Part shown: in pieces, positions 47,201 to 56,400 of the stretch
Numbering within the stretch: position 1 is the first letter of the stretch
Layout: each line of letters begins with the position of its first letter
NCBI RefSeq assembly: GCF_036321535.1
Contig: NC_087452.1
Location: 34,348,001 to 34,412,000 of the forward strand
Reading direction: 5' to 3'
Origin: Camelus dromedarius
Taxonomy: Eukaryota
Length of the DNA stretch: 64,000 nucleotides
Translations under genes and position numbers: made by a program
Notes under the pieces: generated by a model
Told to the model about the DNA's origin: nothing
The model's database searches: none
The model's input: only the letters and a program-made list of their open reading frames with translations

Positions 47201-50200
47201 GTGTGGGCATAGGGGAGGGCAGGTGCAGGGAACTCAGGGTGCTCCTGACTCCTCTGACTGCCCCTGTCCACTCAGGGTGACTCAGCTGTGATTACGGGGC
47301 CTCCAGGGCCACGGGGTGCCAAGGGGGACATGGTGAGTGGGCCTGGTCCATGGGCAGATGGGGTCTCCCTTGGATGTGGAGGGGCTTTTGGGGAGACAAG
47401 GCTGGGAGATCTGAGAGTTCAAACCCTCAGAGGGTAAGGAGCTTCCATCCCCTGACCCTGATTTCCCACACTGACCCAGGGTGAACGAGGACCTCGGGGC
47501 ATAGATGGTGACAAAGGACCTCGGGGAGACAGTGGGGACCCTGGAGAGAAGGTATGAGGAAGAGGATGGGGTATTGTATACGGGGTCAGGAGGGGGGTCC
47601 TGCAGGCTGTGGGGCTCTCTGGAGGGTCTGTGAGGACAGGAGGGGAGGATGGGAGAGGGGGGCTTTCTGGGGGTCAGAGGGGAGGGGGTTTTGTGGAGTG
47701 GCTGAGAGGATGGGGGCTCTATGGAGGGCTCGGGGCCTCAGTGTGAGGTCAAAAGGGGAGTCTGTGGACTGGGGCTCTAGGAGAGGCCCTGTGCCAACAG
47801 GAAGGGGCTCCTTGGTTGTCAGGGGTACTCCAGATAGGTTTGGGAGCCAGGAGTAAAGAGAGACTAGCAGGAATCTGGGGGTCCTGGGGTGAGAAATAAA
47901 CACCTCCATGGGCTCCAGTGCCCAGCTCCAGCCTGCTGAGGCCTGGGCAGGAAGGGAAGGGGCTGCTGGGGGCAGTCGGAGAGCGGCACTGGTAAGCTTT
48001 GCCCCAGCTGGTAGGTTCCAGGCACGCTCCAAGCCTCCAGCCTGGCCTGGTGCTGATTGTGTACCCTCTTCCGGTCACTCCCACAGGGCGCCAAGGGAGA
48101 GCCTGGTGACAAGGGCTCAGCCGGGTTGCTGGGAGCACGTGGACTCACGGGACTCAAGGCAAGTCCTGCCCCAGGTGCAGACTCAGAGCCATATGTCACA
48201 CACACCTGTCCCAGGGGTGTCCTCTGAGCATTGGATGGTTCCCAGCCTCCCTTGCCATTGGCTACTTGTGTGTTCACATGGGGTCTGTGTGCACCCTGGG
48301 CCCTGGCTGCAAGTCACTGAGTGGCTACACATGCAGCAGACAGGCCGGCTTAGGGGACAGCCACATTGAAGGGCCATCCTCCACTATCTGTGTTTCCCAC
48401 AGGGAGAGCCTGGTGCTGCTGGGATCCCTGGTGACCCGGTAAGACACCCCTGCTCCTACAGTGACCCCTAGTCCCCACAAAGCCCCCATCCTCATGTGGT
48501 AGCCTTTGACCTTATAGGGAATCAGTAGCCTCACATTGCCCAGGGGCCTCTATGATGGTTCCTCCCATGTGGCGACCCTGCTCACAGTGACCCTTGTCCG
48601 CATAGAAAACCCTGCCCTTCCATTGGCTCTGGTCCCCAGTGGTAACTCTCACCCCCGTGGTGTTCTCTGTCCATTACATCCAGAGTAATGCCCTTTGATC
48701 CCTCACTGACCTCCCCTGACCTCACACTGACCCCTTTTGCCCCAGGGATCCCCAGGAAAGGATGGAGCCCCTGGTGTCCGAGGAGACAAAGGAGATGTTG
48801 GCTTTATGGGTCCCCGGGGCCTCAAGGTGAGAAAGGGACTGGTTTTTTACCCTTGGTCAGGAGGGCCTAATGTTGGAGGGTGAGGTATATGGGGTCACAG
48901 GTCAGTTATCTGGGGTCAGATGTTGGGAGTATCCACTGTTGTATGTGAGGTGTTAGGTCAGAGGCTGGAGGATCTAAGGCCAGTTTGGAGAGTGGTTTCA
49001 GGGTCAACGGGTTATAGGGTAAGTTATCTGGAAGTCACTTTTTCACTTCTTTTGTCCCTCAGGGTGAACGGGGGATTAAGGGAGCCTGTGGTCTGGATGG
49101 AGAGAAGGGAGATAAGGTACAGGGGTGATGGGGGGTGTGGGCGGAGATGCAGGGGGCTATGGGGCCTGGGGCCTAATGTGGACCCTTCCACCTGATGCCA
49201 ACAGGGAGAAGCAGGTCCCCTGGGTCGCCCGGGGCTGGCAGGACGCAAAGGAGACATGGTGAGTGTGGGGCACCCCCAGAGTGAGGAGAGAATGGGTGAG
49301 CCAGGGCCTGGCTAATGTCTTCTCTTCTCCAGGGGGAGCCAGGTGTCCCGGGCCAGTCAGGGGCCCCTGGGAAGGAGGGCCTGATCGGTCCCAAGGTATG
49401 GCGTCTCTCAACAGTGGACATTGTGGGGGGTTGGGACTGGGTAGGGAAGGGCACGGTAAGGTTGTGGAGGTTTTAGGTCAAGGAAGGTTGTGGTAAGTTG
49501 GGACATTGAGGGGTGGAGTGGGGCTGGTCTTGAGGTTTTAGGGTGGATTGGGATCACAGTGGAGATTTAGGATTAGGGGATGAGAGGTAGAGCAAGTGGG
49601 ACAGGTGCCTCAGGGCTCAGGGGTTACAGTGGGTAGAGTCAGTGGAGGAGGCTGGTGTGTCAGTGTGAAGGAAGTAGGTGGAGGCAGAGCAAGGGATGTC
49701 ACAGGGGTCGGGGTCATGGGGATCATGGCAGATTGAGGGTCTCAGGCTCAGGTGCTTGAGGTTGTGAGCATTGGGCCTGAGGGCTCATGGGGGTTCAGCT
49801 GAGGGAGGCCAGGGCAGAGGGTCTCTCATGCTTCTTTGTTTCTAGGGTGATCGAGGCTTTGATGGGCAGCCAGGACCCAAGGGTGACCAGGGTGAGAAAG
49901 GGGAGCGGGTAAGTTGAGGCCAAGGTCATGGTAAACTAAGGGGATTGTACTCTTTGGAATTGAGGTCATCTTTGGAAGCTCTGATCCCTGACCCTGACCT
50001 ATTTCTCCCCAGGGACCCCCAGGAATTGGAGGCTTCCCAGGTCCCAGAGGCAATGATGGCTCCAGTGGTCCACCTGGGCCACCTGGCAGTGTTGGTCCCA
50101 AAGGCCCTGAAGGACTTCAGGGCCAGAAGGTGAGGGGTCCTGACTGATTCCTGACCCCTGAACTTCCATGACGCTTCCAACCTCCCTGACCTCTGACTCT

Positions 50201-52469
50201 GCAACCCACCCCCCAATATCCTTGTTCCAACCTCTGAACCTATGATCCCAACTTGTCCTACTTCTGATCTCCACTGCCTCTGACCCTGCTCACTCAGTCC
50301 TTGTGTCTGACAGGGTGAGCGAGGTCCCCCTGGAGAGAGTGTGGTGGGTGCCCCTGGGGCTCCTGGCACCCCTGGAGAGAGAGGGGAGCAGGTGAGTGGG
50401 GATTCCTGGGTTTGAAGTCAAAGGTTGGGGTGACCAGTGGTGTCCCTGAGATCAGAGGTCACAGCCTGGTCCCATCCATTGCACACAGGGGCGGCCAGGA
50501 CCCCCGGGCCCCCGTGGTGAGAAGGGAGAAGCTGCATTGACAGTGAGTGTGGGGCTGCGGGGCTGGGGCCCTGCCTCCTGTACCCAATACCCTCACCCCT
50601 GGGCCTCTGACTCAGCACTGTCCTTCCGTGATCCCTGCATCATGTACCCTTTGTCTTTCTGTGATCCATGGATTCTTCGTGACCCTTGTGGTCTTGATCT
50701 CCTAGGAGGATGACATTCGGGGCCTTGTGCGTCAGGAGATGAGTCAGCACTGCGGTAAGTGGGGCCCAGCCCGGAGTCTCTTGGGTCCCATCCCCACTTC
50801 ATCCCAGCGCCCCTAGACAGGGGAGGCAGCATTCCCAGAACTTCCGGGGGGGCAAGCAGTCAAGGAGGTGGGTGGAGATGGATGGATACACAGAAGGACA
50901 CAGGTGCCTCAGGACAGACATGGTGACAGGAGACACAGGCAGAGGTGGATGGACAGGTAGTGTTCTGGATGCCCAGTTTGGCCATGTGTGTAGAGGGGGT
51001 GGAGGTGTGAGCAGAGCTGTTTCTCGGGGCCTGACATGGAGCAGGGGTGAGGTGGGGGCGCTGATGGCCCTGAGAGTCATCGGAGAGTGAAGCTCTGTCT
51101 CCCTCCATCTCTGTCTGTGCTGCTTTCACTCTGTCTCTGTGCCTGCTGGCCCCTGACCGGGTCTCTCCCTGTCTCTCTCCCTCTCCATCTCTGTCTCCTG
51201 CTCTCTGCCATTGTCTCTCTCCCTGCCCCTCTCTGCCCCCTCCAGCCTGCCAGGGCCAGTTTATCGCATCTGGATCACGTGAGTAGTTTTCTGGTCTTTT
51301 CTGCTCTCGAAACTTTCCTCACCCCGGCCCTGCGGTGCCCATCACCTGGGTCCTCTCAGCTGGGGCTTGGCTGGGGTGGCCACCAAGCTGACCCCAGGGC
51401 CCTGTGCCCCTGCTCCTGGCTCCAGGACCCCTCCCAAGTTATGCTGCAGACACTGCTGGCCCCCAGCTCCATGCTGTGCCTGTGCTCCGTGTCTCTCATG
51501 CCGAGGAGGAAGGTGAGGACGGCTGGAGCCGTGAGTGCGTGGGGGGCGCGCAGACATACACAGGGCTGCTCATGGGGGCAGGGCCTGTGCCACACGCGTG
51601 GGGCCCAAATGCAGGGAACACTCTTGCGCACACACGTGGGAGACCCGTGCTGCACGCTCCGCCCCAAGGGCCAAGGTTGGGCAGCACGAACCTGGCCCCA
51701 CAGTGGCCCCGCTCACAGCACACCCCATGGTGCGTGCAGGCCGGCTGCCCCCCGAGGACGATGAGTATGAATACTCTGAGTATTCCGTGGAGGAATACCA
51801 GGACCCTGAGGCTCCATGGGATGGTGATGGTGAGAAAGGGGACTGGGCCCATAGGGATTGGGGGAGGGGCAGGCAGAGCCCATCCCTGCTGACCTCTTTG
51901 ACCCCCATTAGCCCCAGACCCCTGCTCTCTTCCACTGGACGAGGGCTCCTGTACTGCCTACACCCTGCGCTGGTACCATCGGGCTATGCCAGGTGGCATG
52001 GAGGCCTGTCACCCCTTTGTCTATGGTGGCTGCGGAGGGAATGCCAACCGTTTTGGGACCCGTGAGGCCTGTGAGCGCCGCTGCCCGCCCCGGATGGCCC
52101 AGAGCCAGGGAACAGGTAGAGGCTCCCCCCAACCCCATTAGGGGCCTGGGCACTGAACCCACCCAGATCACGTCCGGGGGCAGGTCCTGGGTCAGAAGCC
52201 TTCAGACTGGGGGGCCTGAGACAGACCCCCAGAGGAAAGAGCTGACTAGAGAACCTCAGCTGTAGAGTTCCCAGCATGGACCCCCTCGGGGCTCCCTCCC
52301 TGAAAGAGCTGAGTCAGGACCCCTCTCTGAGGGCACAGCCCCCACTCCCATTACGCTCCCAGCTCCCCATCCATCCTCTGCCCCATGCTTCTCTGTGCCT
52401 ACGTGTTGGGTAAGGTCAGACGGCTGAAGACAACTCCCAACCGGCCCGCCAGGTGCTGCCCGGAGCTGA
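22990..52469 (+). CDS. COL7A1: Collagen type VII alpha-1, complete: 118 exons, 8808 nt, 2935 aa
   Basis: All 118 exons traced with phase-consistent borders and no frameshift or internal stop. Signal peptide [23 protein letters not shown]; NC1 (vWA, 9 FNIII, vWA); interrupted Gly-X-Y domain; NC2 with Kunitz module; ends GAARS*. Exon lists are in the next entries. Confidence 0.99.
32335..42039 (+). CDS. COL7A1: COL7A1 exons 29-73 (first part of the triple helix, including the exon 71-72 hinge)
   Basis: 32335-32361, 32457-32501, 32575-32637, 33060-33131, 33224-33259, 33401-33436, 33668-33739, 33848-33925, 34182-34208, 34289-34339, 34481-34543, 34636-34695, 34812-34847, 35047-35091, 35171-35206, 35566-35610, 35694-35729, 35860-35892, 36243-36275, 36435-36488, 36565-36624, 36712-36747, 36845-36925, 37026-37061, 37259-37303, 37509-37580, 37820-37864, 38113-38139, 38346-38375, 38507-38587, 38663-38698, 38773-38808, 38897-38977, 39412-39447, 39840-39902, 39988-40032, 40377-40412, 40485-40520, 40633-40728, 40832-40867, 40955-40990, 41095-41142, 41474-41509, 41637-41759, 41839-42039. 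All lengths are multiples of 3. Confidence 0.96.
39097..39230 (-). mobile_element. tRNA-Ala-derived SINE (Vic-1-like), third copy, in COL7A1 intron 61
   Basis: T-rich tail + 'ggtaattaggtttatttatt' + 'ggaggcactggggattgaacctaggaccttgtgcatgctaagcaagcgctctaccatttgagctgtaccctcc'; same family as the copies at 2.3 kb and 6.9 kb. Confidence 0.9.
39389..39464 (+). ncRNA. MIR711: miR-711 hairpin orthologue overlapping COL7A1 exon 62
   Basis: GGGACCCAGGGAGAGACGTAAG at 39431-39452 matches the mature miR-711 sequence as I recall it. Flanks can pair (GTTTCTCC 39400-39407 with GGAGAGAC 39440-39447). Whether it is a genuinely processed miRNA is uncertain. Confidence 0.7.
42136..50542 (+). CDS. COL7A1: COL7A1 exons 74-112 (second part of the triple helix)
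   Basis: 42136-42171, 42250-42303, 42488-42556, 42633-42677, 42791-42853, 43002-43046, 43398-43433, 43552-43587, 43728-43772, 43991-44023, 44102-44164, 44252-44287, 44372-44452, 44578-44646, 44790-44825, 44902-44943, 45100-45144, 45225-45269, 45556-45591, 45675-45734, 45876-45983, 46158-46229, 46359-46394, 46555-46614, 46736-46780, 47014-47049, 47161-47196, 47276-47332, 47480-47551, 48087-48158, 48403-48438, 48746-48826, 49063-49116, 49205-49258, 49333-49395, 49846-49908, 50013-50129, 50314-50391, 50489-50542. Confidence 0.96.
50706..52469 (+). CDS. COL7A1: COL7A1 exons 113-118 (NC2 domain with Kunitz module)
   Basis: 50706-50754, 51246-51278, 51426-51512, 51740-51829, 51918-52115, 52453-52469. 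BMP-1-type site SYAA|DTAG in exon 115; Kunitz domain [12 protein letters not shown]...[26 protein letters not shown] with 6 Cys. Confidence 0.97.
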
Positions 52470-52780
52470 GGCCAGAAAATGAGCTGAAGTTCAGCGTCCC
52501 CTGGAGAGGTGGTGTCTCAGCTGGACCCTGCTGTCCCTCCCCTTGGTGCTAGAGGCCTGTGTGCACGTGAGCGTGCATGAGCGTGTCCGTTATTTCAGTG
52601 ATTTGTTCCGTGGGTCTAGCCTTCCCCCCTGTGGACAAACCCCCATTGTGGCTCCTGCCTCCCTGGCAGATGACTCAGTGTGGGGGTGGCTGTGGGCAGT
52701 GAGTGGATGTGACTGCGTCTTACCCACCCTTTGACCCAAGCCTGTGATGACATGGTGCTGATTCTGGGGGGGGGGGGGGC

Positions 52781-52786
52781 ATTAAA
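52781..52786 (+). terminator. COL7A1 polyadenylation signal (ATTAAA variant)
   Basis: ATTAAA about 310 nt after the stop, preceded by G14 and followed by 'gctgctgttttaaaa' and TG-rich sequence. Confidence 0.75.
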
Positions 52787-52999
52787 GCTGCTGTTTTAAA
52801 AGGCCCCTATTGTGACTGTTTGGGGAGGTGGGGGTGTCAGGAGGGCAGGTTTTCCCTGGGAGGTTGGTACTATCCTGTGTGGGTCCAGAGTCCCTCTGTC
52901 CAGCCCTGGTCACTCTCCTGTGACTCTCAGTCCCTAACTTGTCCCCAAAAGAAGTAGACAGTGTAGGGGCTGAGGATATGTCCTCACTGACCCCCAGGA

Positions 53000-53161
53000 G
53001 GGTATGAGTCATAGGTGATGGGCTGCCTCATGCCAGGAGACAGGCCCCAGCTCTCAGCCCAGGGACTGAGGGAGATAAATGGGCCCTGAAGGGGGCAGAG
53101 GGGCAGACCAGCCCCAGGCAGCCACGGCGGTCCCAGCAGACCCCAGAGGAGGCTGCTACTG
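53000..53161 (+). promoter_or_regulatory. Putative UCN2 promoter and non-coding exon 1
   Basis: Palindromic AP-1 site ATGAGTCAT (53004-53012), TATA-like GATAAAT (53074-53080), donor CTG|GTAGGA after 53161. A long pyrimidine-rich intron then ends 'ttttctcctcgcag' at 53872, 12 nt before the ATG. Confidence 0.55.
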
Positions 53162-53289
53162 GTAGGACTGGAATCTGGGAGAGGGCAGGACCTTTGGGGC
53201 TAAGTGGATCTGGGGTTTGGGTCAGTGGAGGCCTCTGGAGCTGGGGGTACCCTGGGGTCTCTGGCTGTTTCTCCACCTCAGGGACCCCC

Positions 53290-53870
53290 CCCCCCCCATT
53301 CCTGCCTTTCTTTGTCCTGGATCTGCTACAGGCTTTCTCAGACCTCAGTCTCCTTCTGTCCCTCTGTGTTTCTTTCCCTTTGCTTCCTTGTTTCCAGCAC
53401 TATGTCTCTGGGGTGGTTTCTGTCTTTTTCTCCCAGTCTCCCTCTCTTTGGCTCCGCCTCCCTCTCATTCATCCCCATCTCTCTCCCCTTCTCCCTCTTC
53501 TCCTCCTTCCCTTTCTTCTTCCTGTTCTTCTGGTTCTTGTTCTTCCTCTTTCTCCTCCCCCATCTTTCTCTCTAAAATACATCTGCATCTAGATGTGTCT
53601 GTGGCTCTCTGTCCTGGGGTTTCTGTGTCTCTTTATCTCTCTCACTCTTTCTGTCTCTCTGACCCCTTCTCTGTCTGGCTCTGTCTTGATTTTCTGTCTC
53701 CCTCTGGCTCTCTTCTTGTCCCTTCATCTTATCTCTATCTCTGTCTGTCTCGGACCTGGCCGCTCTCATCTCACCCTCTCAGTCTCTCAGTCTCTCTCCT
53801 TTCCTCCTCTGTCTCTGTCCATGGGCCTTGGCTGACCAGAGCCCCTGCCCTGAGCCTGTTTTCTCCTCGC
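53290..53870 (+). repeat. TC-rich low-complexity tract (UCN2 intron)
   Basis: About 580 nt of (TC)n/(TCTG)n-like sequence; it explains the spurious Leu/Ser/Phe-rich ORFs in all three + frames. Confidence 0.85.
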
Positions 53871-53884
53871 AGCCTGACCACACG

Positions 53885-54223
53885 ATGACCAGCTGGGCTC
53901 TGCTGGTGCTGATGGTCCTGACGTTGGGCAGGACCCTGCCTGTCCCAGCAACCCCTATCCCAGCCTTCCAGCTCCTCCCTGAGAACTTTCCCCAGGCTAC
54001 TCCCTGCCCTGTGACCTCGGAGAGCCCCTCAGCCAGCACCACAGGCCTCTCTGCTGCTTGGGGCCACCCCAGCCCTGGCCCCCGCCCTGGTCCCCACATC
54101 ACCCTATCGCTGGACGTACCCCTTGGCCTCCTGCAGATTTTACTGGAGCAGGCCCAGGCCAGGGCTGCGCGGGAGCAAGCTGCTGCCAACGCCCGCATCC
54201 TGGCCCACATTGGCCGCCGCTGA
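53885..54223 (+). CDS. UCN2: Urocortin-2 precursor, 112 aa (CRF family)
   Basis: MTSWALLVLMVLTLGRTLPVPATPIPAFQLLP...ITLSLDVPLGLLQILLEQAQARAAREQAAANARILAHIGRR*: signal peptide, CRF-family LSLDVP motif, 38-aa mature region (54098-54211) and Gly-Arg-Arg amidation signal. Confidence 0.98.
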   Translation: MTSWALLVLMVLTLGRTLPVPATPIPAFQLLPENFPQATPCPVTSESPSASTTGLSAAWGHPSPGPRPGPHITLSLDVPLGLLQILLEQAQARAAREQAAANARILAHIGRR

Positions 54224-55099
54224 GCCTGAGGGAGGGAGTCACAGTGACGGAGCCACCCTGGATGGGGAGACCTAGAGGGCAGTGGCGGAGCTGGGCAGTA
54301 CTACGTCTGGGCCCAGTGCCTCTGGACTCCGCCACCTGGGGTCACTGCCGTGTGGTGTCACATCACATCGGATTGCCTCAGTGACAGTGGGTCTGGACAG
54401 CCTGGACATTACCATGTCGGGTCGCCAAGTGGAGCCTAGGCACTCCTAGGAGCCCCACAGACTTACAGTCTATCTGGGCAGCTTGGACACTACCATGGAA
54501 GGTCACTACCATGTGGAGTCCTGTCATGCCTGGGTCCCACAGTCAGAGCATCTGGACCCCATCACATGTGGTCACTGTCATGCCACTTTCAGGAACCTCA
54601 ACACTAGAGCCCATCATTGCATTGGAGACCAGCCCACCCAAGACCAGATCCATAGATCTGCCTGCCACCCACAGGTCGCCACACAGAGAAGTGCTGGCAG
54701 AGGGTCACATGCATGTTTTGTGCCCCATGAGGCGGCATCCACCCCAGATGGATGGGGCTGTCAGGGGCATCTCCAGGCAAGGATGGATGGTCATACGTGG
54801 GCGGTCTGTGGCTGTGGCAACCTTGTCTTGTGGGGGTGGGCAGGGCGTGCCTACATGTGTGTCTGCGTCTTTGTGTATCTGACAACTGTGAATGTGTGTT
54901 GAGCAAGGTGAGGGCATGTGAGGGGGCTGGGAGGAACAGGGGCTTGTCCCCTAAACCTGCACGAAGCACGCTCAGCACACAGCTGGGCACTGTCTTCCCC
55001 ACACCCCTGCATTACCCGGGTTCCGCCCTTCAACACACAGACCTCGGGGCAGAGGGGGTCAGGCTGCTGGGGCACCGGCCCAACTGCCCCTCCCTCATT

Positions 55100-55245
55100 G
55101 AACTGTCCTGAGCAAATGTACTCACCTTTCCAAGCCTCAGTTTCCTCCTCTGTGAAGCAGAGTGATGCCAAGCTTCTTGTGAGTATTGAGTTAACAAACA
55201 TGAAGGTTCTGGCATGCAATAAACACTCAATAAATGTAGTGACTG
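55100..55245 (+). mobile_element. MIR SINE carrying tandem AATAAA signals (probable UCN2 3' end)
   Basis: 'tactcacctttccaagcctcagtttcctcctctgtgaag..ttgtgagtattgagttaacaaacatgaaggttctggcatgcaataaacactcaataaatg'; AATAAA at 55218-55223 and 55229-55234. Confidence 0.75.
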
Positions 55246-56239
55246 GAGAATGGGATAGGCAAAAATCACTGTCGTGTGCATCCAGGCAGTGACACACGAG
55301 GGCTGAGTCACAGCTAGCTGGCTACGCTGCCCCTTTACCCACTCCACCCCTCCCAAATTTCACTGACCTGTCCCTCGGTTGAAAGGAGTAGGTTTTGCCT
55401 AATCTCACAACCCCAACTCCATTGCTGGGCTGGAGATGAGACAGACCTTATGGAGAGTGTGGACAGGCTTTCCTGCAGATGGGGCAGGTACTCTGGGTAG
55501 TGCAGACAACTCCAGCTGGAGACGAGGGCAGACAGTGGGCTCTGGCTGCAGAGAGAGGCAGTACTGTCGGAAGTGTGGCTGCCCAGGGCCGGGGGCACAG
55601 ACGGTGATCTCAGAGTTGTGAGCAGCCTTGGGGGGGGGGCGGGCCCAAGGCGGGGCTGGAGAGGCGGGGCCACCAGGCAGGCTGTGCTCTTCGAAGCCTG
55701 GAGGGCGGGGTTGCCCGAATCCAAGCTGCAGGGGGTGGCGGCCCAGGCCAGTCTGATTGCAGGATGAACCAAGGCACGGAAGGAGGCCGTTCCCTGACGG
55801 ACCCTGGGTCAAAGAGCAGCAGGCCGGGTAGGCACAGGGCAGGGTGGAGAGGGTGGGGGGACTGGGAAAAGACCTGGGTGAAGTGGGGGTGGTGCTAGGA
55901 GGGGTGTGAAAGTATTGGGGATCTCTCTAGGAATAGGGGTGCCCTGAAGGGGCATCAGTCTGTCAGTGGCATGGAGAAGGAGGAACACTGCTGCCTTGCA
56001 GGGGAGAGGGAGCTGGGCCAAGGGGGGGAACTATAAATAGCTTCTTCCTCCAGCCCTGGGGGAGGGACAGCCAGCTGGAGCTGCCCAGGGGCCTCCTGCT
56101 CTGCCCTTTGCTGGCCTCCAAGGGGTCATGATTGTCCAGGTCCCCCCTCAGGGGTCATACCAGTTTGGGGAAGTCCAGAGGCTCGTTTGGGAAGTTTTTC
56201 ATATGATGTGACTTTAGCCCTTACACCAGTGTGTCTAGG

Positions 56240-56400
56240 GCACCTACTGTGTGCCTTGCGCTGGTCCTGAGATATTCTAAGCACCTACTGTGTGCTCTGG
56301 CTCAGTCTGGAACTTCTCTGAATCCTTACTGTACTCCCTGGCTGGTCCTGTCACTTTGAGCACCTACTGTGTGCCCTGTGCCAGCTGGAATCAGCAAGTG
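56240..56400. repeat. Degenerate tandem array, about 4 x 40 bp
   Basis: GCACCTACTGTGTGC at 56240, 56281 and 56360, plus a decayed copy near 56320; GCTGGTCCTG at 56260 and 56341. Confidence 0.75.

Noticed and set aside
53194-53888. Hydrophobic 120-220 aa ORFs resembling membrane proteins
   Set aside because: Artefacts of the TC-rich UCN2 intron; all three frames give similar low-complexity peptides.
54794-54799. HIF-type TACGTG near UCN2 (also CACGTG at 52564 and 58750)
   Set aside because: UCN2 and PFKFB4 are known hypoxia-responsive genes, but a lone 6-mer is expected by chance in this GC-rich DNA.
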